NCBI GenBank assembly: GCA_002269645.1
Contig: NIVC01002054.1
Span: 144,879 to 208,878 of the forward strand
Length of the DNA: 64,000 nucleotides
Source: Macrostomum lignano
Lineage: Eukaryota
Reading direction: 5' to 3'
Shown here piece by piece: positions 12,201 through 26,031 of this stretch. How positions within the stretch are numbered: the stretch's first letter is position 1; each line of letters begins with the position of its first letter. The position numbers and the translations under genes were made by a program. The notes under the pieces were generated by a model, which was not told the origin of the DNA, searched no databases, and was given only the letters and a program-made list of their open reading frames with translations.

Positions 12201-15200
12201 ACATTGGGTGTGACACTGGGTGTGACACTTTATGTGACACTGGGTGTGACACTTTATGTGACAGTGGGTGTGACACTTTATGTGACAGTGGGTGTGACAA
12301 TGCTTGTGACACTGTATGTGACACTAGGTGTGACACTTTATGTGACACTGGGTGTGACACTTTATGTGACACTGGGTGTGACACTTTATGTGACACTGGG
12401 TGTGACACTGGGTGTGACACTTTATGTGACACTTTATGTGACACTGGGTGTGACACTTTATGTGACAGTGGGTGTGACAGTGGGTGTGACACTTTATGTG
12501 ACACTTTATGTGACAGTGGGTGTGACATTGGGTGTGACACTTTATGTGACACTGGGTGTGACACTTTATGTGACAGTGGGTGTGACACTTTATGTGACAC
12601 TGGGTGTGACACTTTATGTGACAGTGGGTGTGACACTGGGTGTGACACTTTATGTGACACTGGGTGTGACACTTTATGTGACACTGGGTGTGACACTTTA
12701 TGTGACACTTTATGTGACAGTGGGTGTGACACTGGGTGTGACACTTTATGTGACACTGGGTGTGACACTTTATGTGACAGTGGGTGTGACAGTGGGTGTG
12801 ACACTTTATGTGACACTGGGTGTGACACTAAATGTGACACTGGGTGTGACACTAAATGTGACACTGGGTGTGACACTAAATGTGACACTGGGTGTGACAC
12901 TAAATGTGACACTGGGTGTGACACTAAATGTGACACTGGGTGTGACACTTTATGTGACAGTGGGTGTGACAGTGGGTGTGACACTTTATGTGACACTGGG
13001 TGTGACACTAAATGTGACACTGGGTGTGACACTAAATGTGACACTGGGTGTGACACTAAATGTGACACTGGGTGTGACACTTTAGGTGACACTGGGTGTG
13101 TCACTTTATGTGACACTGGGTGTGACACATTATGTGACACTGGGTGTGACACATTATGTGACACTGGGTGTGACACATTATGTGACACTGGGTGTGACAC
13201 TTTATGTGACACTGGGTGTGACACTTTATGTGACACTGGGTGTGACACTTTATGTGACACTGGGTGTGACACTTTATGTGACACTGGGTGTGACACTTTA
13301 TGTGACACTGGGTGTGACACTTTATGTGACACTGGGTGTGACACATTATGTGACACTGGGTGTGACACATTTTGTGACACTACAAGCGTAACAGTTAATG
13401 TTAAGGGCTACGAAAAAGCAGACAACATCCCTAATATCTTACTTGTCAGTAGGCAGTAGAGCATTTGCCTTCTCATTAATCATGCTATCCACAAAGGAGG
13501 CAAACTCCGCTGCATTGCCGGTCAACCGGTACAACAGGAACAGCTCATCGCGTTTAAAATAATACAAATGATTTAGCAGAAAATTCTTAATGTCCGACTT
13601 GTGACTATTAAAATTTCTGAAAATAAATATAGGTCGTATGTATATATTTATCACAAAAAACTATAGTCAAAGGACTCGTTAAGTCTTACTTAATCAGTAG
13701 TAGCATAGTCTCCATAGAGGCCAAGGCGGATGGCGACCTGCCCAGACTTGACAGCAATGATTTACAGCTGGCGTCCACCAGTTTCGGCAGTTCAGAGCTC
13801 TCGCATTGCCACAGTTTGTCTGCGGTTTAACAGCGAAATAAGCTACGTTACACACTACTTTAAGTAAACAAAAAATTTAGTTTAAGATTACTATAAAACG
13901 CTATTTAGACTACTTCTAACGAAGTCGAGCATATTTCTAGCGGGATTATAGCCTAGTGGTTAGAGCGTCGGTCTCACGACGGAAAGGTCGGGGGTTCGAT
14001 TCTTAATTCACTCGGAACAATTGTTTGTCCTTGAGCACTTAACTGAGCATTGCTTCAGTTCATCCAGCTGTAAAATGGGTACCAGCATTAGCTGGGGTAA
14101 TTGAGGTTGCAATTGTTTAAAGAATAAAAAATGCTTCTAACACTACTTCAAGTAGCAAATATTCTACTTGAAATTTTCGGAAAAAATCCTTTTTACACTA
14201 CTTGCAAGTAGACAGTCAAGGATAATATTATCAAATAGCAGTTTAATCGGTAGGAAAAGTCAGATTTACTCACTCCAACAGAAACTGAGCACTTGAACAG
14301 TATCAGAAGCTTCCAGACTCAATGCTTCATCTGCTCCGCAAGCCAACCGACGAACTGTAGCCCAATCAACTTGTTGAACAAATCCGTCAGCTTCCAGATC
14401 CAGATTAGACATCAGTTCAGACTGAGGCTTGGCCGTTATAATGACAACTTTCAACAGTTCATCAATCGGTGAAGATGCTGCATTGCTGTCAATCTGACAG
14501 GCTCTGACAGGTCTGACTGTCAACCAATCAGCGTCAGTCTGCACTGATTTATCCCTAGCCGAGCCAACAGCATCGGCAACAGAAGAACCCGACAATATCG
14601 AGGCCGATGACTTATCGACAGTCAGTCTCAGAGCGACAATCCAGCCTAACAGGCAGCTTAATTCCGATTTCAATTTTTCCGCTATTGGAAACGATCTTGT
14701 TGACATTGGCAACCAGGCTGTTTGAGTCTGGGCAGTGCTAACAGGTGCACTACTACTACTAGCAGTAGTTTGACAGAATGCGCCGTTAGTAGCCAGATAA
14801 CTCAGACGCTTTCTAGATAACTCAGCCAACAGATTAGCTAAATCCAACAAGCGATTAACGCAGTCCACAGGTGCCGCCTCGGCGCTTACAAGTCTCTGAT
14901 GAAGCGTCAGGGATTCTGCTTCCAGCTTAACCAGGTCGGCCGGCTCCAGGCCGGCAAACTGGTCAGCGCCGGTCAGTTCCGACGGCGAGCCGGGCCTGCC
15001 AGCCAGAGCCCGCTTCTTCAATGACTGCGCCTTGCCGCGGAAGCCGCCGAAATTGATCGGCACCCGGAAGTCGGTCATGATCATGCCGGCCGAGACGGCG
15101 GTGACGTCGGTGCCAACGAGCTCGTCGCTAGGCGGTATGCCCGCAGCTGTAGCGGCATCGTCAGGCTTTGGCCAGTTGATGTACTGGATTAGGCGGCCAA

Positions 15201-18200
15201 CCCCGGCTGATGCGGCAGCCAGCTTCTCAGAGACAGCAACCGCGGCGGTGGCGTGGGCGGGCGCAGCGGCGGCGGGCAGCGCACTGGCGAGAGAGAGAAG
15301 GCACAGATATGTAACTGCAGCATATATATAGAACATCTAAATAGAAATTAAGGCATATTATTTATAGTTGCCTATGTTTCTACTGCAAGTAGGCCAATGA
15401 GAGAACGCATTGGATGAACAACTTTGCAAAATTGGTAGTAGCATCCTAAAAGTGGAAATATCCCGAAACTGGAAATATCCCCACAATTGGAAATATCTCC
15501 ACAACTGGAAAATCCCACAACTGGAAAATCCCAAAACTGGAAATACCCCCAAACTGGAAATATCCAAAAAACTGGAAATATCCCAAAACTGAAAATATCC
15601 CCAAACTGGAAGTATCCCTACAGCTGGAAATATCCCACAACTAGAAATATCCCCAAAACTGGAAATATACCTAAAACTGGAAATATCCGCAAAACTGGAA
15701 ATATCCCTGAAAACTGGAAATATCTCCAAAACTGGAAATATCCCCAAACTGGAAATATCGTTAATAGGATAAAATATCCATACAAAAAGCCTAAGCGGAG
15801 AATTTCCCTCCCTCGCCGGTCACTACCTATCGCTAGCCGACGCGCGCAGGCTGTTGGACGCGGCGGCACCAACAGCATAGATACCAGAGTCCGTACGTCT
15901 GATTCTACACGATTCATCAGCCGCAACGGAAGTTGCCCTGCGATACTCTTCACTTTCCAGCAACCAGCCGAATCCCGAATCCACATCAATGCCCGCAGCT
16001 GAGCAGCATCGACTCAGACAGTCGGTTGTCAACGTCAACAATAGCTTTTGATCGCCTAGCAACCGATCTCTGGGCTGATCAAGCAGCCACTTGGTCAGGC
16101 CTACGGGATACGCGCCGCTGAGTGTTGATACAACACTGGCTGGATTAGGGCAGACTCGGATTAGCACCAGGTGGCGATCGTTTATTAATAGGGCCAGGTG
16201 CGCTGCAGCCGCTGAGCTTGATGCAGCCGCTTGGCAACTGCTTCTGGTGACCGCGATGCTGCTGATGCCTGAGGGAGGCAATTATACAATATTAATGATA
16301 GTCTTTTTTATAGTTTTATAAGAGGTTATTACACGTGGAGTAGAGTCTCTCAGTGGACAGCGATACAACATGGAACCCCTGAGTTCTTTGAGCACCCTTC
16401 AACCCCAGATCCCTTCAAACCTTTAATTCCAGATCCCTTCAAACCTTTAACTCCAGATCCATTCAACCCTTCAATCTTAGAACCCTTCAAACCAGACCTT
16501 TTTGACCCAGATTCACCCAGATTTGATCCGTTCACCCCGTGAACCCTTCACCCCTTCAAGCCTTCACCTCTTCAAACCTTCACCTCTTCAAACCTTCACC
16601 CCTTCAAACCTTCACCTCTTCAAACCTTCACCCCTTCAAACCTTCACCTCTTCAAACCATCACCCCTTCAAACCTTCACCTCTTCAAACCTTCACCCCTT
16701 CAAACCTTCACCTCTTCAAACCTTCACCCCTTCAAACCTTCACCTCTTTAAACCTTTACCCCTTCAAACCTTCACCTCTTCAAACCTTCACCCCTTCAAA
16801 CCTTCACCTCTTCAAACCTTCACCTCTTCAAAACTTCACCTCTTCAAAACTTCACCTCTTCAAAACTTCACCTCTTCAAAACTTCACCTCTTCAAACCTT
16901 CAACCCTTCACCCCTTCATCCCTTCAACCCTTCATCCCTTCAACCCTTCACCCCTTCAACCCTTCACCCCTTCAACCCTTCAACCCTTCACCCCTTCAAC
17001 CCTTCACCCCTTCAACCCTTCACCCTTTCACCCCCGCAACTCACAGGAACAGCCGGCCAGCCAGCAGACCACCCGAGGTCCGGCTGCCGTGTCAAAGAAA
17101 AGTACATCGTGCAACTCGGTGACCACAATCAGCAGGTTGGGCCCGGCTTGAACCAGCTGACGATAGGTGCCGTTGCACTGAGCGTTGGCTACGCAAGATG
17201 ACGAATGGAGGCTGTGAGAGCCGGGGTTTATTCTGTGGGCAGCGGGTATGAGTGTGGCATTTCAAGTGACCAGTATGCTTCAAAGAGATAATGATCTAAG
17301 GCTACTAGTCAATATCAACTGATCGGGGTCAAACTCGCGATTTCGTTATTTTTCCATCGCCCGACAAAGAGTCTTGGAGACCATATTTGAGGGTCATAGC
17401 TAATTTACTTAGGTGTCATAGAAGTCATACTCGAGGGTTATAGCAACTCTTAGGGCTCATAGGAGTCATATTTGAGGGTCATGAGTTATACTTAAGTGTC
17501 ATAACTACGAGCTAATTTAATTAGGAGTCATACTCGAGGGTCATATTAACTTAGGGGTTATAGGAGTCATACTTAAGGTTGATAGAAACTTACGGTCATA
17601 GGAGTCATATTTGAGGGTCATGAGTCATAGGAGTCATGCTCGAGGTTCATTAAAACTTAGGGGTCATATGAGTCATACCTGAAGGTAATAGCAAATAAGG
17701 AGTCATAGGAGTCATATTTAAGGGTCATGAGTCATACTTAAGTGTCACAACTAATTTACTTAGGAATCATAGGAGTTATACTCGAGGGTCATAGCAACTG
17801 AGGGGTCATAGGAGTCATATTTGAGGGTCATGGGTCGTACTTAGGGTCATAGCTAATTTACTTATGGGTCTTGAGTCATAGGAGTCATGCTCGGAGGTCA
17901 TGGCAACTTAGGGGTCATAGGAGTCATACCTGAAGGTTATAGCAAATAGGATTGCTGATACCTGAAGGCCATGCTACTCAAAAGTCAGGGTTTTTACTTT
18001 ATTAGGGTCATAGCCAATAAGAGTCGTACTCAATGGTCATAGCTACCTAACTATACTCATAGCTGCTAAGAAAACGTATACAAGCAAGTCTTACAAAATG
18101 TCACTCAAGGCCAGCCTCTCAGCTGCATCGGCCAGCCTGCTGCCAAACACAAACGTGTTAAGAACTCGTTTTGAATCGGTGCGCAGCAGCCACATCCGGT

Positions 18201-21200
18201 GCTTGGGCCGGGCGGCGTAAACTTTAGCCGCCACCGCCGCCGCCGGAGCCGGGCCGGTCTCGGCGAACAGGCAGGCCCCAAACGGGCCGTTTCTTGGCTT
18301 GTCCGAGCCGAGTTGAAAAAATGTCCGACTGTCTGCGTTGCACAGCACCGCCCGGCACCTGGTGGAGACCAACAGCAGGTGCTGCTGACTGCCCCAGTCT
18401 GAGTCCAGCTGCACTATGGGACCCTCCTGCGGCAGCGTCAGCACCTGCTCGCATGTGGCGTCCAGCGCGAACAGCTCCCGGGGCTGGGCGCGGGTTTCGG
18501 CGCGGGCGGGTGTTGCAACTTTTTTTAATACTTCATTCTCGATTTAGTCTAACAGCTACTCAACATTCAGATGGGCATGGCTGCCAACCTCCCATCTCCC
18601 CCTCAGGACCCCTCCTCTCACTCTCCTCATTCCCACTTTCCTTCTCAACCCCGCTCTTAATCTCCCTCAATCTCCCTCAATCTCTCTCAATCTCCCCTCA
18701 ATCTCCCTCAATCTCCCTCAATCTCTCTCAATCTCCCCTCAATCTCTCTCAATCTTCCTCAATCTCCCTCAATCTCTCTCAATCTCCCTCAATCTCTCTC
18801 AATCTCCCCTCAATCTCCCTCAATCTCTCTCAATCTCCCCTCAATCTCCCTCAATCTCTCTCAATCTCCCTCAATCTCTCTCAATCTCCCTCAATCTCTC
18901 TCAATCTCCCCTCAATCTCCCTCAATCTCTCTCAATCTCCCTCAATCTCTCTCAATCTCCCTCAATCTCTCTCAATCTCCCTCAATCTCCCTCAATCTCC
19001 TTCAATCTCCCCTCAATCTCCCTCAATCTCCCTCAATCTCCCTCAATCTCTTTCAATCTCCCTCAATCTCTCTCAATCTCCCTCAATCTCCCTCAATCTC
19101 TCTCAATCTCCCTCAATCTCCCTCAATCTCCCTCAATCTCCTTCAATCTCCCCTCAATCTCCCTCAATCTCTCTCAATCTCCCTCAATCTCTCTCAATCT
19201 CCCTCAATCTCTCTCAATCTCCCTCAATCTCTCTCAATCTCTCTCAATCTCCCCTCAATTTCTCTCAATCTCTCTCAATCTCTCTCAATCTCCCTCAATC
19301 TCCCCTCAATCTCCCTCAATCTCTCTCAATCTCTCTCAATCTCTCTCAATCTCCCTCAATCTCCTTCAATCTCTCTCAATCTCCCTCAATCTCCTTCAAT
19401 CTCTCTCAATCTCCCTCAATCTCTCTCAATCTCCTTCAATCTCTCTCAATTTCCCTCAATCTCTCTCAATCTCCTTCAATCTCTCTCAATCTCCCTCAAT
19501 CTCCCTCAATCTCCCTCAATCTCTCTCAATCTCCCTCAATCTCCCTCAATCTCTCTCAATCTCCTTCAATCTCCCCTCAATCTCTCTCAATCTCCCTCAA
19601 TCTCTCTCAATCTCCCCTCAATCTCCCTCAATCTCTCTCTATCTCTCTCAATCTCCCCTCAATCTCCCTCAATCTCTCTCAATCTCTCTCAATCTCCCTC
19701 AATCTCCCTCAATCTCCCTCAATCTCTCTCAATCTCCCTCAATCTCTCTCAATCTCCCTCAATCTCTCTCAATCTCCCTCAATCTCTCTCAATCTCCCTC
19801 AATTTCTCTCAATCTCTCTCAATCTCCCTCAATCTCCCTCAATCTCTCAATCTCCCCTCAATCTCCCTCAATCTCTCTCAATCTCTCTCAATCTCTCTCA
19901 ATCTCCCCTCAATCTCCCTCAATCTCTCTCAATCTCCCTCAATCTCTCTCAATCTCCCTCAATCTCTCTCAATCTTCCTCAATCTCCCTCAATCTCTCTC
20001 AATCTCCCTCAATCTCTCTCAATCTTCCTCAATCTCCCTCAATCTCTCTCAATCTCCCTCAATCTCTCTCAATCTCCCTCAATCTCTCTCAATCTCTCTC
20101 AATCTCCCTCAATCTCTCTCAATCTCCTACAATCTCTCTCAATCTCCCTCAATCTCCCTCAATGTCCCTCAATCTCTCTCAATCTCCCCTCAATCTCCCT
20201 CAATCTCTCTCAATCTCCCTCAATCTCTCTCAATCTCCCTCAATCTCTCTCAATCTCCCACTGAATCCCCGCAACCCCAGCAGCACCGCCTACCGAGTCG
20301 GCCATAGAAGTAGACGACACCATTCCATCGGAGTCGCCAGAGAACAGACAGCCGGCAGTCCAGGCCACACAGGTGATTACTCTACCGGTGTGCATCCGAT
20401 TAATCCTGACCCGATCTGCCCAGCACCTGCGCTGGGTGCTGTGCAATTCGTACACCTCAACGTGGCCGTTGCTAAGGGCGCAGGCTAGATAGCGATCGTT
20501 AGGAGACAGAGCCAACAGGCGGGCCACGCCGTTATTATTGAGACTGAAGTGCAGTCGCAGCTGCAGACTGGCGGAACCAAACGGGGCGGTGAGAATTCGA
20601 ACTACTCCGGAATTTGAGCACAGGGCCAGCGAGCCGCCGCTGGTCAGAGATATCGCTGTGGTCTGCGGAGGGTGGAGTGCCGCGTTCTGTCAGACACATC
20701 GCTGTTGCGAGGTCAGTAAAGCGAGTAAAAAAAGGAAGAAAAATGGAGACAAGGGAGAGGAAGACAGTCGTGGGGGAGACAAAGGTGAGGGAGACGGAGG
20801 AGAGGGAGACAGGGGTGAGGGAGACAGGGTGAGGGAGACAGGGGTGAGGGAGACAGGGTGAGGGAGACAGGGGTGAGGGAGGCAGGGATGAGGGAGACAG
20901 GGGTGAGGGAGACAGGGGTGAGGGAGACAGGGTGAGGGAGACAGGGGTGAGGGAGGCAGGGATGAGGGAGACAGGGGTGAGGGAGGCAGGGAGAGGGAGA
21001 CAGGGGAGAGGGAGACGGGGAGAGGGAGACGGGGGAGAGGAAGACAGGGGAGAGGGTGACAGGGGAGGGGAGACAGGGGAGAGGAAGACAGGGGAGAGGA
21101 AGACAGGGGAGAGGAAGACAGGAAAGAGGAAGACAGGGGAGGGGAGACAGGGGAGAGGAAGACAGGGGAGAGGAAGACAGGAAAGAGGGAGACAGGGGAG

Positions 21201-22489
21201 GGGAGACAGGGGAGAGGAAGACAGGGGAGAGGAAGACAGGGGAGAGGTGGTGAAAGAGGTAGACAGGAGAGGGAGACAGGGGAGAGGAAGACAGGGGAGA
21301 GGAAGACAGGAAAGAGGGAGACAGGGGAGGGGAGACAGGGGAGAGGAAGACAGGAAAGAGGGAGACAGGGGAGGGGAGACAGGGGAGAGGAGACAGGGGA
21401 GAGGAGACAGGGGAGAGGGAGACAGGAAAGAGGGAGACAGGGGAGGGGAGACAGGGGAGAGGAAGACAGGAAAGAGGGAGACAGGGGAGGGGAGACAGGG
21501 GAGAGGAGACAGGGGAGAGGAGACAGGGGAGAGGGAGACAGGGGAGAGGGAGACAGGAAAGAGGGAGACAGGGGAGGGGAGACAGAGGAAAGGAGACAGG
21601 GGAGAGGAGACAGGGGAGAGGGAGACAGGGGAGAGGAAGACAGGAAAGAGGGAGACAGGAAAGAGGGAGACAGGGGAGGGGAGACAGGGGAGAGGAAGAC
21701 AGGGGAGGGGAGACAGGGGAGAGGAAGACAGGGGAGAGGAAGACAGGAAAGAGGGAGACAGGGGAGGGGAGACAGGGAGAGGAAGACAGGGGAGAGGTGG
21801 TGAAAGAGGTAGACAGGAGAGGGAGACAGGGGAGAGGAAGACAGGGGAGAGGAAGACAGGAAAGAGGGAGACAGGGGAGGGGAGACAGGGGAGAGGAAGA
21901 CAGGAAAGAGGGAGACAGGGGAGGGGAGACAGGGGAGAGGAAGACAGGGGAGGGGAGACAGGGGAGAGGAAGACAGGGGAGAGGAAGACAGGAAAGAGGG
22001 AGACAGGGGAGGGGAGACAGGGGAGAGGAAGACAGGGGAGAGGTGGTGAAAGAGGTAGACAGGAGAGGGAGACAGGGGAGAGGAAGACAGGGGAGAGGAA
22101 GACAGGAAAGAGGGAGACAGGAGAGGGGAGACAGGGGAGAGGAAGACAGGAAAGAGGGAGACAGGGGAGGGGAGACAGGGGAGAGGGAGACAGGGGAGAG
22201 GGAGACAGGGGAGAGGGAGATCAATTCAGATTATACCTAGGAAGAAGCTGCCTAATCATGTACAAGTATACCGAAAAAAGCAATAATTCCACAATAAAAA
22301 GCAAACTACGAGTAATTCAGCTCAACTCACCGTATTCCGCTGCGACAGCTTGGCAACGCTTTGAATTTTCTCATCGATTTGTTCGGCAAAGACCTGGCAG
22401 ACGGCGGATGAGGTGGCCGCTTCTGGTGGAGCAGAGGCGGTGCCATCAGCCGCAGACAGCTGCCCTGATGCAGAGGCCTCCGAGGCCAT
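9211..22489 (-). CDS. HPS5: HPS5-like (BLOC-2 subunit/pink; HPS5-TECPR2 WD40 family) protein with C-terminal RING-H2, ~1279 aa, 12 exons
   Basis: Exons (-): 22489-22331, 20686-20294, 18483-18095, 17232-17045, 16268-15827, 15283-14274, 13819-13690, 13616-13443, 11941-11771, 11629-11513, 10811-10705, 9770-9211. All introns are GT-AG, phases are consistent, total 3840 nt. HPS5-family WD40 motifs: LSPNDRYLACALSNGHVEVYEL, H.GRVITCVAW..LFSGD, IVQLD..LLVST..FFQLG..RNGPFGAC..VYAARP..RMW, and DSGIY. No TECPR repeats seen. The exon-3 acceptor is the least certain boundary. Confidence 0.85.
9890..10335. repeat. 15-bp minisatellite (tcagtgacatctcat / tcagtgacatttcaa)n in HPS5 intron 11
   Basis: About 29 copies of two alternating variants. 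Confidence 0.95.
10863..11457 (+). mobile_element. hAT (Charlie/MER58-like) MITE carrying an internal GA-rich microsatellite, HPS5 intron 10
   Basis: Left end cggggctcagcaaactttttt..aagggccag; right end ggcc..gagtttgccgacccctg. Imperfect 15-bp TIR (12/15). Flanks ttttaagt and ctctaagt (6/8, central TA) fit an 8-bp hAT TSD. Confidence 0.7.
10930..11372. repeat. (GAGAG/GAGGA)n purine microsatellite
   Basis: Pure GA tract inside the MITE. Confidence 0.95.
11975..13380. repeat. 12-bp minisatellite tgtgacac+(tggg|ttta|taaa|atta) in HPS5 intron 8
   Basis: About 115 units with a constant core tgtgacac and a variable 4-nt linker. Confidence 0.97.
13942..14102 (+). mobile_element. tRNA-derived SINE with CORE-like domain, HPS5 intron 6
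   Basis: Pol III A-box tagcctagtgg and B-box ggttcgattc. These are followed by tgtccttgagca..cttaac..cagttcatccagctgtaaaatggg, resembling the MIR/CORE consensus. A second copy lies at 57729-57892. Confidence 0.85.
15450..15760. repeat. ~16-18-bp minisatellite (aactggaaatatcccca)n, HPS5 intron 5
   Basis: About 18 imperfect copies. Confidence 0.92.
16400..17035. repeat. (ccttcaaa/ccttcacc)n low-complexity array, HPS5 intron 4
   Basis: 8/9-bp subunits forming ~17-bp and ~33-bp periods. Confidence 0.93.
17380..18060. repeat. Degenerate gggtcatag/gagtcatac repeat array, HPS5 intron 3
   Basis: Recurrent ggtcata and gagtcata motifs in an old, diverged array. Confidence 0.8.
18655..20258. repeat. 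(ctcaatctc[c/t])n 10-bp array, HPS5 intron 2
   Basis: About 1.6 kb of caatctccct/caatctctct. Confidence 0.97.
20745..22220. repeat. GA-rich (gagacagggga)n array, HPS5 intron 1
   Basis: 11-12-bp units with higher-order blocks containing ggagaggtggtgaaagaggtagacagg. Confidence 0.95.
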
Positions 22490-22654
22490 TCGCAGTAATC
22501 TTATTTAAACTGACTAGCTGGACTCAGTGCCAGTGAGTTGGACTCTGCAAATCGCGATTTCAAAGAGCAGTAAACAGAGAAATCACTCCCCTCACTCTAG
22601 TAAGGGAGTCATGCATCAAGTTTTTTTCCACAGGGTTTGTCAATGTGTAGTGAG

Positions 22655-23340
22655 TCAGTAGGTCAGCAGCAGTTGTCAGTCAGTTCGTCAGTAGTTCAGT
22701 GGTTCGGTAGGTCAGTGGGTCAGGTCAGTAGCTCAGTGGTTCAGTGGGTCAGTATAGGTCAGTGGGGCAGTAGGTCAGTGGGGCAGTAGGTCAGTGGGCC
22801 AAGTCAGTGGGTCAATGCTACAGTAGATCAGTGGGTCAGGTCAGTAGGTCAGTAGTTAGGTGGGTCAGGTCAGTGGGTCGGTGGGTAAGTAGGTCAGTGG
22901 GTCAGGTCAGTAGTTCAGTGGTTCGGTGGGTCAGTGGTTTAGTGGGTCAGTAGGCCATTGGGTCAGTATAGGTCAGTGGGCCAGTAGGTCAGTGGGTCAG
23001 AATGTCAGTGGGCCAAGTCAGTGGGTCAATGCTACAGTAGATCAGTGGGTCAGGTCAGTAGGTCAGTAGTTAGGTGGGTCAGGTCAGTGGGTCGGTGGGT
23101 AAGTAGGTCAGTGGGTCAGGTCAGTGGATAAATGGGTTAGTAGATCAGTAAGTCAGGTTAGTGGGTCGGTGAGTCAATAGGGCAGTAGATCAGTAGTTCA
23201 GTGGGTCAGTAATTTAGTGGGCCAATAATTTAGTGGGTCAGGGGGTCAGTAATTCAGTAGGTCGATAGTTTAGTCGGTCAGTGAGTCAGTGGAACAGAGA
23301 GTCAGTCAATAGGTTACAGAGTAGTGAGTCAACCGGTCAG
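22655..23340. repeat. Degenerate (gtcagtggg/gtcagtagg)n array upstream of HPS5
   Basis: ~9-10-bp units. A ~110-bp block containing ggtcaatgctacagtagatc is duplicated (~22797 and ~23011). Confidence 0.85.
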
Positions 23341-23729
23341 TCATTGAGTTTATCAATTATTTATTACAATTAAAATAAAAAAAATAAAAAAACTTTCAAT
23401 AAAGTTGATTTCAGTACACCAAAGCTAATTATGCAATTATCGAAGAAGTAACAGGTTAATCGATGCAGTTAAACCCCCTGGTGTACTTTTCCATAGCAAA
23501 GCAATGTATTTTGCACTTGAATAATTCCATTAAAATTGACAAAAAATACACGACTACACAGCAGGCCCCAACAAACGAATGAGGGAGAAGGTTATTAAAT
23601 GTGCAACGAACTACTCGTACAAAAGTCTTTTTAATTGCATAGCGAAAGAATTTAACACACGCTGCTCATATACGAGCTGGTTCCGTTCGAAGTCCCCACC
23701 TCATTCTTTAAGCTCTTTTTACTCGCCTC

Positions 23730-25862
23730 TATCTCTCACTCTACTCTCACTTATCTCTCACTCTACCCTCACTATCTCTCACTCTACCCCTCTCATCTCT
23801 CACTCTACCCCTCTCATCTCTCACTCTACCCCTCTCATCTCTCACTCTACCCCTCTCATCTCTCACTCTACCCTCACTATCTCTCATTCTACCCCTCTCA
23901 TCTCTCACTCTACCCTCACTATCTCTCATTCTACCCCTCTCATCTCTCACTCTACCCCTCTCATCTCTCACTCTACCCTCACTATCTCTCATTCTACCCC
24001 TCTCATCTCTCACTCTACCCTCACTTATCTCTCACTCTACCCTCACTTATCTCTCACTCTACCCCTCTCATCTCTCACTCTACCCCTCTCATCTCTCACT
24101 CTACCCCTCTCATCTCTCACTCTACCCCTCTCATCTCTCACTCTACCCCTCTCATCTCTCACTCTACCCTCACTTATCTCTCACTCTACCCTCACTATCT
24201 CTCATTCTACACCTCTCATCTCTCACTCTACCCTCACTATCTCTCACTCTACCCTCTATCTCTCACTCTACCCTCACTATCTCTCATTCTACCCCTCTCA
24301 TCTCTCACTCTACCCTCACTATCTCTCATTCTACCCCTCTCATCTCTCACTCTACCCTCACTATCTCTCATTCTACCCCTCTCATCTCTCACTCTACCCT
24401 CACTATCTCTCATTCTACCCCTCTCATCTCTCACTCTACCCCTCTCATCTCTCACTCTACCCTCACTATCTCTCATTCTACCCCTCTCATCTCTCACTCT
24501 ACCCTCACTTATCTCTCACTCTACCCTCACTTATCTCTCACTCTACCCCTCTCATCTCTCACTCTACCCTCACTTATCTCTCACTCTACCCCTCTCATCT
24601 CTCACTCTACCCTCACTATCTCTCACTCTACCCTCACTATCTCTCCCTCTACCCTCACTATCTCTCACTCTACCCTCACTTATCTCTCACTCTACCCTCA
24701 CTATCTCTCACTCTACCCTCACTTATCTCTCACTCTACCCTCACTATCTCTCACTCTACCCTCACTATCTCTCACTCTACCCTCACTATCTCTCACTCTA
24801 CCCTCACTTATCTCTAACTCTACCCTCACTATCTCTCACTCTACCCCTCTCATCTCTCACTCTACCCTCACTATCTCTCACTCTACCCCTCTCATCTCTC
24901 ACTCTACCCTCACTATCTCTCACTCTACCCTCACTATCTCTCACTCTACCCTCACTTATCTCTCACTCTACCCTCACTATCTCTCACTCTACCCCTCTCA
25001 TCTCTCACTCTACCCTCACTATCTCTCATTCTACCCCTCTCATCTCTCACTCTACCCTCACTATCTCTCATTCTACCCCTCTCATCTCTCACTCTACCCT
25101 CACTATCTCTCATTCTACCCCTCTCATCTCTCACTCTACCCTCACTATCTCTCATTCTACCCCTCTCATCTCTCACTCTACCCTCACTATCTCTCATTCT
25201 ACCCTCCCTATCTCTCACTCTACCCTCACTATCTCTCATTCTACCCCTCTCATCTCTCACTCTACCCTCACTATCTCTCATTCTACCCCTCTCATCTCTC
25301 ACTCTACCCTCACTATCTCTCATTCTACCCCTCTCATCTCTCACTCTACCCTCACTTATCTCTCACTCTACCCTCACTATCTCTCACTCTACCCTCACTA
25401 TCTCTCACTCTACCCTCACTATCTCTCATTCTACCCCTCTCATCTCTCACTCTACCCTCACTATCTCTCACTCTACCCTCACTATCTCTCACTCTACCCT
25501 CACTTATCTCTCACTCTACTCTCACTCTACCCTCACTTATCTCTCACTCTACCCTCACTTATCTCTCACTCTACTCTCACTCTACCCTCACTTATCTCTC
25601 ACTCTACTCTCACTCTACCCTCACTTATCTCTCACTCTACCCCTCTCATCTCTCACTCTACCCCTCTCATCTCTCACTCTACCCCTCTCATCTCTCGCTC
25701 TACCCCTCTCATCTCTCACTCTACCCCTCTCATCTCTCGCTCTATCCCTCTCATCTCTCACTCTACCCCTCTCATCTCTCGCTCTATCCCTCTCATCTCT
25801 CACTCTACCCCTCTCATCTCTCACTCTACCCTCACTTATCTCTCACTCTACCCTCACTTATC
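23730..25862. repeat. 21-22-bp CT-rich minisatellite (ctctcactctacccctctcat / ctctcactctaccctcactat)n between UBA3 and HPS5
   Basis: About 2.1 kb of two interleaved variants. Confidence 0.97.
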
Positions 25863-26031
25863 AAATTTCTGAATTAACCAAACTACAAAACTGAATAGCG
25901 ATGGAATTGGAATCAGACGGGATAATATATATATGATGCTGTGTTATATAGGGAAAAGTACAAAAAGTACTTCTAGAACTTTAATAGAAATTAAAAATAG
26001 AAGACCACCAATGCTTACACGGCGACATAAA

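Noticed and set aside
13942-14015. tRNA gene
   Set aside because: It has A/B boxes, but the acceptor and T stems do not pair and it runs into a SINE body shared with 57729-57892.
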